Of a DNA stretch of 64,000 bases, positions 38,501 through 47,308 are shown in pieces. A program made the translations under genes and the position numbers. The stretch comes from Candidatus Omnitrophota bacterium (GTDB lineage: Bacteria > Omnitrophota > Gorgyraeia > 2-01-FULL-45-10): positions 487,936 to 551,935 of the forward strand of contig JBAZKH010000001.1 in assembly GCA_041650935.1 (NCBI GenBank). The letters are read 5' to 3'. Positions within the stretch are counted from its first letter, which is position 1. Every line of letters starts with the position of its first letter. The notes under the pieces were generated by a model, which was not told where the DNA came from, did not search any database, and was given only the letters and a program-made list of their open reading frames with translations.

Positions 38501-40162
38501 ATGGATTTAGTTTCGCTTCAGGAAGACCTTCATCTCAAAGAATATATAGATGTTATAAAGCGCAGGCGCGATACAGCTATCCTGTTCTTCGCAACTGTTG
38601 TTTTGGTAGTTACTATCGGCAGTTTTCTTATGCGTCCTGTCTACCGCGCCACAGCCACGCTCCTTATAGATCCCGAAAGTCCTAATGTCCTTACTACGAC
38701 CGGTATGGTCGAGATGCAGTCTCAGGATTACCTTGCGTATAAAGAATATTTTCAAAGCCAGGTCCACATAATAACATCATATGGCTTGGCTAAGAAAGCG
38801 TTTGATGACCTGGAACTGGGGAAGATGAGAAAATATGCCAGGGCAAGAGAGCCTATTAAGAAATTTTTGAAGACTATCGATGTTGAACCTGTCCGCGATA
38901 CGCGCCTCCTGAATCTAAGTGTCAGGGACAGGGACCCTGAGCTTGCCGCTAAAATAGCAAACCGAATGGCAGAGTTGTATGTAATGCGCAACCTCTACTA
39001 TATAAGCAAGAGCGAGATACTTAATCTTTTGAAGAACGAATATTTAAAACTTGAATCGCGGGAGACAGAGCTCGCGAAAGTTTACAAAGACGCGCATCCG
39101 GAGATGGTTAAAGTAAAGAATGAGATGTCGGATATCCTGGGCCGGATAGACCGCGAAAAAAAATCCATATATGATTATGACGATATCGAGCAATATCTTA
39201 AACGAGGCTCTCAGCATGAATTGTCGGGCTTTAAAGCTAACAATATAAGTATTCAGGATCCGGCCCAGAAACCGGTTTTTCCTATAAAGCCTAAAAAAAT
39301 ACTTAATATTTTCCTCTCCATCATAGTAGGGTTTTTTGGGGGGATTGGGCTTGTTTTCTTCCTGGAGTATATCGATGACAGCGCGAAGACGGTGGAAGAC
39401 GTCGCGGGCGTTATGAAATGGCCGTTCCTGATCAGCGTGCCGGATATGGGGGATGAGGGAGAGGCCAAGGCTATCGAAAAAGACCTATTAGTCAATTCCA
39501 AGCCCAAAGATCCGATATCGGAAGTGTACCGGTCATTGCGTACACGGATATTCTTTTCTTCTACAGAGGAACACCCTTTGCGCGGCATTATGATAACCAG
39601 CCCCGGGCCGCAGGAAGGGAAGACCATAACATTGTGCAACCTGGGCATCGCTATTTCCCAGATTGGGAAAAAGACGCTTTTGGTTGATGCGGATATGCGA
39701 AAACCGCGCCTGCATAACGTTTTTAAAAGAGAGAATAATGTCGGCCTGAGCAATTATCTTTCCGGGCAATGTTCGTTTGACGAAGCAGTGCAGAAGACGG
39801 GCATCGAAAATTTATCCATAGTCAGCGGCGGGATCCTTCCGCCGAACCCGTCCGAACTCCTGTCCAGCCATAAGATGATGGAGTTTATCGCGAAAGCCAA
39901 AGAAGGCTTTGATAGTATCCTGTTAGATACCCCGCCTATAGGCATAGTTACCGATGCCGCGATACTTTCAAAGGCCGTAGACGGCACTATTATGATAGTG
40001 CAGAGCGGCAAGACTTCCAAGAAGGTTCTAGCTCACATATATCATCTGCTTGTAGATGCTCAGGCGAGAATTATCGGAATAGCGCTGAATAGGGTATCGT
40101 TAACGAGCAAGGATTACTATTATTACGCATACTACCAGACGGCTGAACCAAAAACCAGATAA
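38501..40162 (+). CDS. Wzc-like polysaccharide co-polymerase / BY-tyrosine autokinase (PCP-2a)
   Basis: Wzz-like N-terminus with two TMs. Walker A ..SPGPQEGKTITLCNLG.. and Walker B ..LLVDADMRKP... C-terminal Tyr cluster ..KDYYYYAYYQ.. Confidence 0.9.
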   Translation: MDLVSLQEDLHLKEYIDVIKRRRDTAILFFATVVLVVTIGSFLMRPVYRATATLLIDPESPNVLTTTGMVEMQSQDYLAYKEYFQSQVHIITSYGLAKKAFDDLELGKMRKYARAREPIKKFLKTIDVEPVRDTRLLNLSVRDRDPELAAKIANRMAELYVMRNLYYISKSEILNLLKNEYLKLESRETELAKVYKDAHPEMVKVKNEMSDILGRIDREKKSIYDYDDIEQYLKRGSQHELSGFKANNISIQDPAQKPVFPIKPKKILNIFLSIIVGFFGGIGLVFFLEYIDDSAKTVEDVAGVMKWPFLISVPDMGDEGEAKAIEKDLLVNSKPKDPISEVYRSLRTRIFFSSTEEHPLRGIMITSPGPQEGKTITLCNLGIAISQIGKKTLLVDADMRKPRLHNVFKRENNVGLSNYLSGQCSFDEAVQKTGIENLSIVSGGILPPNPSELLSSHKMMEFIAKAKEGFDSILLDTPPIGIVTDAAILSKAVDGTIMIVQSGKTSKKVLAHIYHLLVDAQARIIGIALNRVSLTSKDYYYYAYYQTAEPKTR

Positions 40163-40241
40163 GAGTCGCCAATAAAGCCGCCGAACCAGCCTGTTTTAAG
40201 AATCCAAAAATCAATTGTGCGCGGGCGGGGAGACTTTAAGA

Positions 40242-40379
40242 TTGAAAAGTAACCTAAAGTTTTTTCTTTTACTTGCAGTTTTAATTCTTATATCGATATC
40301 CATGATAGGCTGTGTATCGATCCCGATCCCAAGCTCGATCCCGATCCCGAATTTCCCGCTAATAGGAGCGTTCCTGTAA
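40242..40379 (+). CDS. possible small lipoprotein (45 aa, TTG start) with an IPIPSSIPIPNFP tail
   Basis: Hydrophobic leader ending ..SMIGC. Weak SD. Overlaps an antisense ORF in the track. Confidence 0.2.
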   Translation: MKSNLKFFLLLAVLILISISMIGCVSIPIPSSIPIPNFPLIGAFL

Positions 40380-40564
40380 ACTCCATATAGACCAATCCCT
40401 ATAAACTTATCCATAATTCGCCTCATGGTTAACGTCCTATAATATATCTTATGTCACCTACAGGTATGGGAGAATATAGATATATATAATTGAATGCCAA
40501 TGAGTTATGGAAAATGTGGAAAAGCCTGTTGATAACTACGATTCCGCGGGTCCGCGGGCTTCCC

Positions 40565-40586
40565 TAGCCGACATTTAAACGTCGCC
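40565..40586 (+). repeat. degenerate copy of the 9413..9438 hairpin (TAGCCGACATTTAAACGTCGCC)
   Basis: 18 of 22 positions shared with 9413..9438. The stem is imperfect. Confidence 0.35.
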
Positions 40587-40649
40587 TCAGAGTATATACC
40601 AGGTGTTTTAGGGGCTTGTAGGGCTCTTTCCGGCGGTTTTTTTGGGGTA

Positions 40650-41657
40650 CTATTTGAGCTCGGATAGATACGGCAGAAGATTGTATTTCTTTAGCTTGTT
40701 ATAGAGGGTAGTTCTATTAACGCCTAATCTGGTAGCGGCCTTCTTCTTGTTTCCCCCTACTTCTTTCAGGACGTTCAGGATATAGACTTTTTCAGGTTCC
40801 TGCATGACATCTTTGAGGGATTTTAGTATATTGGCGGGTGCTGTGCTATCATGTAGTTTGCAGCGGGTCATTTTGACCGCCTCCAGGAGCATCTCTGGAA
40901 GATCGTCTTTATCTATTACGTCATCGGTATCGAGGATTACCGCGCGTTCGATTATATTTTCCAGCTCCCGTATGTTGCCCGGCCAGTTGTAGTCTATGAG
41001 TATTTGCCGCGTCTCCTCCGTAATTCCCCTTATTTTTTTCGAATTCTCTTTCGAATAAAGGTTCACGAAATGGTCCAGGAGGTGCGCTAAATCTTCTTTA
41101 TGTTCCCTGAGAGACGGCAGTTTGATAGATATTACATTGAGCCTGTAATAAAGGTCTTCCCTGAACCTTTTTTCGGCAACAGCCTTTTCGAGGTCCTGGT
41201 TGGTAGAAGCTACTATGCGGACGTCTACCTTAATGGTCTTGTGGTCGCCGACACGCTCGAACTCTTTCTCCTGCAGGACCCTTAAAAGCTTTACCTGCAT
41301 GTCCATCGAAAATGAATCTATATCATCGAGCAGGATCGTTCCGTTATCGCCCAGTTCGAAACGGCCCTTACGATCGCCTATGGCTCCGGTAAATGATCCT
41401 TTTGTGTGGCCGAATAGTTCGCTTTCGATTATCTCTTTTGGGAGCGCGCCGCAGGATATCTCTATGAAGGGTTTGTTTTTTCTTTTTTTATCGGCGTGAT
41501 GTATGGCGCGCGCGACCATTCTCTTGCCGGTCCCGCTTTCGCCTCTTAATAGGATCGTGGCTTTCGAATCGGATATGCGCTCGATCATGGAATACATGTT
41601 CTTCATGATAGAACTGCGGCCTACCAAGCCGTGATATGTTTGGGTAGAATTTGTCAT
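40650..41657 (-). CDS. sigma54-dependent transcriptional activator. AAA+ sigma54-interaction domain plus C-terminal Fis-type HTH only, with no receiver or sensor domain
   Basis: Walker A ..GESGTGKRMVARAIH... GAFTGA-type loop ..ESELFGHTKGSFTGA... Walker B ..GTILLDDID... C-terminal HTH ..AATRLGVNRTTLYNKL.. Confidence 0.9.
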   Translation of the reverse strand: MTNSTQTYHGLVGRSSIMKNMYSMIERISDSKATILLRGESGTGKRMVARAIHHADKKRKNKPFIEISCGALPKEIIESELFGHTKGSFTGAIGDRKGRFELGDNGTILLDDIDSFSMDMQVKLLRVLQEKEFERVGDHKTIKVDVRIVASTNQDLEKAVAEKRFREDLYYRLNVISIKLPSLREHKEDLAHLLDHFVNLYSKENSKKIRGITEETRQILIDYNWPGNIRELENIIERAVILDTDDVIDKDDLPEMLLEAVKMTRCKLHDSTAPANILKSLKDVMQEPEKVYILNVLKEVGGNKKKAATRLGVNRTTLYNKLKKYNLLPYLSELK

Positions 41658-41685
41658 ATATGTATGTATTTAGTCCAGGGTTTAA

Positions 41686-41713
41686 TTATAGATTATTAAT
41701 AGGAAAAGTCAAT
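41686..41713 (-). promoter_or_regulatory. near-consensus sigma70 promoter TTGACT-N16-TATAAT reading towards 41657
   Basis: Reverse complement of 41686..41713 is TTGACTTTTCCTATTAATAATCTATAAT. Confidence 0.5.
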
Positions 41714-41760
41714 ATAAAAAACTGGCTTTTTGCAACCTTACAACTAACGAAACGAAAACG

Positions 41761-41786
41761 TATGGAGGGTCTAAACCTTCCATATT
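41761..41786. repeat. palindrome-family copy TATGGAGGGT-CTAAA-CCTTCCATA in the gap between the PocR-GAF and AAA+ ORFs
   Basis: Imperfect stem with a T-rich run on the minus strand. Terminator-like for 41799..42845. Confidence 0.5.
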
Positions 41787-41798
41787 GTTTGCGGAAAT

Positions 41799-42845
41799 CT
41801 ATTTATTGGAGTGGTGACTCAGGGGGAGTAACGCGATCCCTGTCAGTCTTACGAGCTCTTTTACGATATCGATATCTTTTTCGGTGAAATCTGTCTTATT
41901 GCGGACCACGTTGAGGTTGATAACGCCATAAACCTCGTGAGTGTTTGCTTTCGAAAAGGGTATGACCATGGAAGACCGTATATAATTCCTGTTTAATTTG
42001 CCGGAAAGTTCGGCTGAGTCCTTATCCTTGGGCAGGATGATAGGGGTGGCGGTCTTGGCGGCCACACCGGCTACCCCCTCCCCCATCTTTACACCGCTCG
42101 AGCGGTCTATTATGCTCTTATCGAGTTCGGCGGCGACTTTTATCTTCAATATCCGGGTATTTTTGTCCATTATCATTACAGAGCCGGAGTCTGCATTGAG
42201 CGCGAGCACACACGAATGGAGGAGCGATTTCAGTATCTTCTCTTCGTAATAAGAGGAGAAGAGCGGATCCACCTTCACGACCTCAGGCGCTATCTCGCCC
42301 AGACGTTTCTTGTGGTAACCGGCTTGTGCCATATGCGTGAATGTGTCGTTTATAAGAGCGATTACCGAGCGGGCTTTGCCATATGAGAATACATTTATAT
42401 CCATAATGGCATTTGCAAGTTCTTCGGGTTTGATGCCGGGATCATTAAGCTCTACGGCGCACTGGAGCGCTTTTCCCCTGGATTTAAGCATGACGGGCCC
42501 GGCTATTATGTAGGCTACTATCCTGTGGCTGACGGCCCTGATGGGAATAGCGAATGAGCTGAGCCCAAGAGAACATTTTAGAGCCTGTTCTATGTCTATC
42601 GATTGATTGAGGTTGGCTATACCGGATGCCGTTGTTATGCAGTTGCGGCAGGCGGTTTTAGACTTCTGCGTTCTGGGCAGTATCTCCGCACAGAGCCGCG
42701 TAGAGCGGCTGGGCGCAGTCAATAGCTCGCCATGAGCGCTTATGGTCTTGAGAGTGATTTCGAGGACATTTGCGAATGAATCCTGGATACCCTGCCACTC
42801 TCCGAGATTTACTATCTCCCCGAGTTGAAATTCTTTTTTAAACAT
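41799..42845 (-). CDS. PocR sensory domain plus GAF domain protein (sensor half of a split sigma54 activator)
   Basis: PocR-like Cys pattern (..RLCAEIL......CRNC.. / ..LKCSLGLSSFAIPI..). GAF-like ..MIMDKNTRILKIKVAAEL... Same reading frame as 40650..41657. Confidence 0.65.
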   Translation of the reverse strand: MFKKEFQLGEIVNLGEWQGIQDSFANVLEITLKTISAHGELLTAPSRSTRLCAEILPRTQKSKTACRNCITTASGIANLNQSIDIEQALKCSLGLSSFAIPIRAVSHRIVAYIIAGPVMLKSRGKALQCAVELNDPGIKPEELANAIMDINVFSYGKARSVIALINDTFTHMAQAGYHKKRLGEIAPEVVKVDPLFSSYYEEKILKSLLHSCVLALNADSGSVMIMDKNTRILKIKVAAELDKSIIDRSSGVKMGEGVAGVAAKTATPIILPKDKDSAELSGKLNRNYIRSSMVIPFSKANTHEVYGVINLNVVRNKTDFTEKDIDIVKELVRLTGIALLPLSHHSNK

Positions 42846-42862
42846 ATATTATATATGTAGTA

Positions 42863-43732
42863 TTATTTCTTTCCCGATAACTTATCTATGTGCCGCTGTA
42901 AAAGTTTTTTCAGTTTCGGGTCACGAACTTTTTCCATCACATTTTTATATATAGCTATAACTCTTTCAGGGCTCTTCAACTTTTCGATGAAAATCGGTTC
43001 AAGATACGGCAGGAGCCTTCTAAACGTCATAGAGCCGGGGTATCTGTTTAATGTATGCTCGATCGCGCGGCCGGCCGCCTCATAATGTTTCGAATTCATA
43101 TTAGTTTGGATGAGCAGCAGCGCCGCGGCGTAGCCTAACCGCTTACCCGAATGCTCCTTTTCCATCTTTTCATAAAATGCCGCCGCATCCGCGTAAGCTT
43201 TATCTACCGCGGCAGTCTCCCCTTTCGTCTCATAGTGCTTTACGATATATAGAGGGGCCTCCATGCCGAGCTGGGTATAGGGGTACCGGTCTCTCAGCGC
43301 TATAAATTCCGCGAAAGCCTTATCCCATTTCCCCATCCTCTCATAGGTAAGGGCTTTTAAAAACTGGGCCGTGCTCATGACGGCCGCGTTCTCCTTGTAT
43401 TCCGTCATTATGGACTTTATGAGGGACTGCGCCTCGCCGTATTTTTTGTTGGAGATATAGAATTCCGCCAGTGTGATAGCGGCCGTCTTCGTTACGGCCG
43501 CATCCGGATATTTCTTTATAAGCGTCAGCAGGTCCTTTTCGACAGCGGCAAGCAGGCGCGGAGGCGTTACATCAGGGTTCCTCGCTATGACGGAGTTTAA
43601 TTTCATGGCGCGGTAGATGAGCTTTTCCGCGGCGTAATCTTTACCGGGAGAGAATGAAGATACTAAAGAAAACGCCGCCCAGACGACGATCAGTATCAGT
43701 ACCATGTATAGGATTATCTTTTTCATCTTCAT
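42863..43732 (-). CDS. N-terminally anchored TPR-repeat protein (PrsT/YbgF-like)
   Basis: One TM. Multiple 34-aa helical repeats with the W/LG/Y/A/F/A/P pattern. Confidence 0.55.
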   Translation of the reverse strand: MKMKKIILYMVLILIVVWAAFSLVSSFSPGKDYAAEKLIYRAMKLNSVIARNPDVTPPRLLAAVEKDLLTLIKKYPDAAVTKTAAITLAEFYISNKKYGEAQSLIKSIMTEYKENAAVMSTAQFLKALTYERMGKWDKAFAEFIALRDRYPYTQLGMEAPLYIVKHYETKGETAAVDKAYADAAAFYEKMEKEHSGKRLGYAAALLLIQTNMNSKHYEAAGRAIEHTLNRYPGSMTFRRLLPYLEPIFIEKLKSPERVIAIYKNVMEKVRDPKLKKLLQRHIDKLSGKK

Positions 43733-43757
43733 TTCCGGTGCCTCGGCAGGCTCGGCA

Positions 43758-44636
43758 TTAACCCTGAGCTTTTGTCGAAGGTTGATGGTCCAGGAGCCAT
43801 TTAGATACGCATATAATTACGAAACAATCCAGGAATACGGTGACTATTACGCCAAGGAGTGTTGTGCACAGGGTAATCTCCGGGAAGGTTTTGCCGGCGA
43901 GTTCCGCCGAGAAACTCTTCAATAGTATGATCGGCAGGTAAGCGGCGAGCGGTAAAAAGATCAGGTTGAAGATGACGGCAAAATTACGGAATCCCAAACG
44001 CACGCTTTTAAAAATAGCTTTTACCAGGCGCGTTTTTTCTATGACTATGACGGGCACGGTCAGTATCAGCAGTGCCTGTATGATGACGGTCGTTAATAAG
44101 ATAAAGATGGTGAGTGATATGCTATAGACCTGCTGTGGTATCTGAGGGAGTATCTTTGTCGTGATATGAAGCGCCTTTGCAAAGATGAACATATCTATCT
44201 TCTGCAGGAGCGTTGTGACAATGACCATTACCAGCGCGTATGCAGCCAGGGACGGATAGGTCTTAACGGTGTTTTTCAATATCGCGTCTCTTTTGACCGG
44301 AAGATGCGCCTTTATATTCTTGAATATATTGACAGATGTGGCTGTTAACGCTATCCCGATAAGTATATAAATCGCCGTCTGCGCGAAATAAAATAATCCG
44401 GGCAAAGTTATCAGGTTGGCCGGATAATGAAGGAACGCCTCTCCGAAGAATTTTTTGATAATGGGCCCGGCTATTATCGAAAATGGCCATCTGGCCGAGA
44501 AGAAGATGATCTCCAGCGATAACGTCTCAAGGAATGCTATGACGATGAACGGCAGTAAGACCACCGGGTTCCTGGCGATGGTGTTAAATGAATCGGCCCA
44601 ATTTTTTCGTATATTATATTTTTTCATAATTAGCAA
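43758..44636 (-). CDS. hypothetical polytopic membrane protein
   Basis: ~8 hydrophobic helices. No motif recognised. Confidence 0.4.
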   Translation of the reverse strand: MLIMKKYNIRKNWADSFNTIARNPVVLLPFIVIAFLETLSLEIIFFSARWPFSIIAGPIIKKFFGEAFLHYPANLITLPGLFYFAQTAIYILIGIALTATSVNIFKNIKAHLPVKRDAILKNTVKTYPSLAAYALVMVIVTTLLQKIDMFIFAKALHITTKILPQIPQQVYSISLTIFILLTTVIIQALLILTVPVIVIEKTRLVKAIFKSVRLGFRNFAVIFNLIFLPLAAYLPIILLKSFSAELAGKTFPEITLCTTLLGVIVTVFLDCFVIICVSKWLLDHQPSTKAQG

Positions 44637-44848
44637 ATCATTTTATCAGCAATATGAAAAATGTAAAGAAAAAAGGGGTAAAACAATTTGCTTTACCCCT
44701 TTTTATAAAATATCATTATATTTGCCAAGCCTTTTATAATATGAGTCCGGTGGGAGAACATAAAACTTTTAAGGCTCTATGCTCTCACCACATAAGCATG
44801 CTTACTGGTTCAAGCAAAGCCCATGCCGTTTTTGTAAAACGACAAAGG

Positions 44849-45493
44849 CTATGCTTTGAACTTTTTGATGATTGTCCTGCCTGCCATTCCAACCAGACCA
44901 AGACCTAATAGAGCCATACTTGCCGGCTCTGGCGCTGGTCCAGGAAGGGACTCGTTCTGACTGGTGCCGCCTGCTGTTATGTTGCCACTTACCCATGTTG
45001 GCGACTCAAGAGCGGTAAACCATAGAACATAGCTTGTGCTGCCTCCTGGGATAGCGTTGGCTCCGCTAAAATCCCAATAGGCGCAATTTAAGCCCGTACC
45101 GTAATACCCGTTAATCGGGGCGACTGTGCCAGACAAGTCGTAGGTTGTAGTAAACAAGTCGTCGAGGTTGAATGAGTTAGTGAAGGCTCCGTCTGTAATA
45201 TGGCCGCCGTTCTCATTCAAAACCCCAAACATAGTAAGCGCCTGGTCATTGGATAAACCGTCGACGTTCTTTATCTGATAAAGATACGTATAGTCGGTCT
45301 TTGTCCCGAGCGGATTGGTGGCATTACCTGGTTCATAGACAGCCCACCAGACATCCGCGTTAAAATACCGCGTTGTCCCTATGTATTTCTGGAAGTTTGT
45401 GCAACCATCGATTAACGGTGTTGCTTCAGCGTTTAACGTCGTAACGACGCATGCCGCGAAGAGCACCATTACAATTAATGCAATTTTCTTCAT
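44849..45493 (-). CDS. PEP-CTERM sorting-domain secreted protein
   Basis: Signal peptide. C-terminal ..PAPEPASMALLGLGLVGMAGRTIIKKFKA (PEP motif, TM, basic tail). Confidence 0.8.
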   Translation of the reverse strand: MKKIALIVMVLFAACVVTTLNAEATPLIDGCTNFQKYIGTTRYFNADVWWAVYEPGNATNPLGTKTDYTYLYQIKNVDGLSNDQALTMFGVLNENGGHITDGAFTNSFNLDDLFTTTYDLSGTVAPINGYYGTGLNCAYWDFSGANAIPGGSTSYVLWFTALESPTWVSGNITAGGTSQNESLPGPAPEPASMALLGLGLVGMAGRTIIKKFKA

Positions 45494-45513
45494 TTATTCA
45501 CCCCCTTCCTTTG

Positions 45514-45570
45514 TAGACTGTAGACCATAGACCTTTAATGCTTTGGTCTTCGGTCTCTGGTCTTCGGTCT
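45514..45570. repeat. GGTCT/TAGAC-word low-complexity repeat block (TAGACTGTAGACCATAGACC ... GGTCTTCGGTCTCTGGTCTTCGGTCT) between the two PEP-CTERM genes
   Basis: Read directly. A related motif recurs at 60565..60600 inside a CDS. Confidence 0.6.
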
Positions 45571-46162
45571 ATTTTATACCTTTCTTTCTTCTGAAACCTG
45601 CTAAGCCTGTGATTCCCAATCCCAAAAGCGAAAGAGTCGCGGGTTCCGGAGTAGCGTATTCGACTATGTATCCCTGGTAGTATTTACTGCCGGCCGGAGA
45701 ACCTGTGCCGTAAATGGAATTGCTCGAATTGCCGCTTAAGTCATTCCACTTTCCATTGGTCCAGAACTGGATGTTATCATCGATGTATCCGAAGGAGGAA
45801 TTATCGTTGGGCTCTCCGCCGTTCCAATTGTCCCAAGACCATGTTTCTCCGGTAACCCAACCCCAGCCGCCTGACGGTTCGGCTCCATTTGGATCCTGTA
45901 TGGCACCCAGCCAATAGTATGATGGGTTGCCGAGGTTTGACCAAACCCAGTCATTCTCTGCCTGGCTTGTAAGGACCGCCAAATATCCGTTTGCGCCGCC
46001 ATACGAAAGAGCTTCAGCGTTGGCCTTCGCGACATTCCAGTCGTATGTACCGCTGATAGCTTCGTAATAGTGCCCTGTCAAAGGACAATATATAGGCGAA
46101 GCGAAAACAGCACCGCAAGAGGATAAAAGTAATATTATTGCAATAAGGCCTGCCTTCCGCAT
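45569..46162 (-). CDS. C-type-lectin-fold domain protein with a PEP-CTERM anchor
   Basis: Signal peptide. CTLD-like ..YLAVLTSQAENDWV......YYWLGA.D......W.WV.GE.WS.DNW..GEPND... C-terminal ..TPEPATLSLLGLGITGLAGFRRKKG. Confidence 0.65.
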   Translation of the reverse strand: MRKAGLIAIILLLSSCGAVFASPIYCPLTGHYYEAISGTYDWNVAKANAEALSYGGANGYLAVLTSQAENDWVWSNLGNPSYYWLGAIQDPNGAEPSGGWGWVTGETWSWDNWNGGEPNDNSSFGYIDDNIQFWTNGKWNDLSGNSSNSIYGTGSPAGSKYYQGYIVEYATPEPATLSLLGLGITGLAGFRRKKGIK

Positions 46163-46189
46163 TTTTATAGCCTCCTTTTCATATTTTTC

Positions 46190-47068
46190 CTACCTGGCGC
46201 CTCTTCCCTGAAATGAGACGACTATGGTACGTAATAGTATCCTTACATCCACCATGAGACACATCTCCCTTATATATAGGAGGTCGTACTTGACCTTCTT
46301 CTTAACATCCTGGATAGTTTCATCGTATTTATGCCATACCTGAGCGAGGCCTGTTATACCGGGCTTTACTTCCAGCCGCCTGCGATAATCCGGTATCTTT
46401 TCGCTCAACTGTTCAACGAATACCGGCCTTTCAGGCCGCGGTCCGACTATACTCATCTCGCCTTTCAAAACATTAAATAACTGAGGCAGTTCGTCCAAAT
46501 GAAGCTTCCTGATCACAGACCCATGCTTTATGAGACGCGAATCATTCTCTTTTGCCCATACGGGGCCGGTAAGTTTTTCAGCGTCCAGCCTCATAGTCCG
46601 CATCTTATAGATATTGAACATATTCCCCTTCCACCCTACCCTCTCCTGGCTGAATATTACGGGCCCGGGTGAAACGATTTTAATATAGATAGCGGTCAAG
46701 GCCATTACGGGAGAAGCTATGACAATTCCGATCGATGCTACGAGGATATCGAATATCCGTTTAAATTCGGTAAAGCGCTTACGCGCGAATCTGACGATAC
46801 AGCCGAATATTCCGGTCGATACTAGCGCCACAGTGCCCGGCTCCGGGGCCGACACAGGGATTACCTTGCCTGTCTGGGCATAGCCGAAACCGATGAAGAC
46901 AAGCGAAAGGAACGCTACGAAAGCAAGGATCGTCGAATAATTCAAAAGCTTTTTAGCTTCGTCTTTTTTGGGAACAGCGCGCGCATATCGCTGGATGGCA
47001 AGATATATATCGAGATCCTTTTTTATCTCGCCTAGCGTCATCACGAATGTCCGGATGAATTTTTTCAT
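46190..47068 (-). CDS. bacterial sugar transferase (polyprenyl-phosphate glycosyl-1-phosphate transferase). Exosortase-system-associated type
   Basis: ..FKRIFDILVASIGIVIASPVMAL....SPGPVIFSQERVGWKG..F..YKMRTM......DSR....G..IRK.HLDELPQLFNVLKGEMSIVGPRP. Confidence 0.9.
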   Translation of the reverse strand: MKKFIRTFVMTLGEIKKDLDIYLAIQRYARAVPKKDEAKKLLNYSTILAFVAFLSLVFIGFGYAQTGKVIPVSAPEPGTVALVSTGIFGCIVRFARKRFTEFKRIFDILVASIGIVIASPVMALTAIYIKIVSPGPVIFSQERVGWKGNMFNIYKMRTMRLDAEKLTGPVWAKENDSRLIKHGSVIRKLHLDELPQLFNVLKGEMSIVGPRPERPVFVEQLSEKIPDYRRRLEVKPGITGLAQVWHKYDETIQDVKKKVKYDLLYIREMCLMVDVRILLRTIVVSFQGRGAR

Positions 47069-47188
47069 ATACTTCTATATAAGCATCATTCGTGCCAAGT
47101 CATGAGCGCGAGCAAAAATATTTTATTTTTTGATGATTATAAATATTTGTGAATCAATGGGTTACGGCTGGATATTTTTGCTAATTAG

Positions 47189-47217
47189 TGACAATTCATG
47201 ACAAACTATGACAGTCA
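47189..47217. promoter_or_regulatory. three TGACA direct repeats with exact 10-bp phasing (TGACAattcaTGACAaactaTGACAgtca) upstream of the sugar-transferase/PEP-CTERM operon
   Basis: Read directly. Lies ~120-150 bp upstream of the start at 47068. Confidence 0.4.
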
Positions 47218-47308
47218 TTGATAGGTGTTTCGGAAAAAATGGACATTAATAAGCGGTGTGTTGAGATGGGTGAACATGAGACATTGGGCAGGTTTTGCTG
47301 AAGCATGG

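Noticed and set aside
40211-40426. 71-aa minus-strand ORF (GIGIELGIGID..)
   Set aside because: It is antisense to the IPIP-repeat small ORF and its low-complexity translation derives from the same repeat. Neither strand is strongly supported. Only the plus-strand lipoprotein-like reading is kept, at low confidence.
40540-40600. Possible tRNA-like element (..TCCGCGGGTCCGCGGGCTTCC..)
   Set aside because: It has no T-loop GTTCRANYC motif and no cloverleaf-compatible acceptor/anticodon arrangement. It is more consistent with the degenerate hairpin copy.
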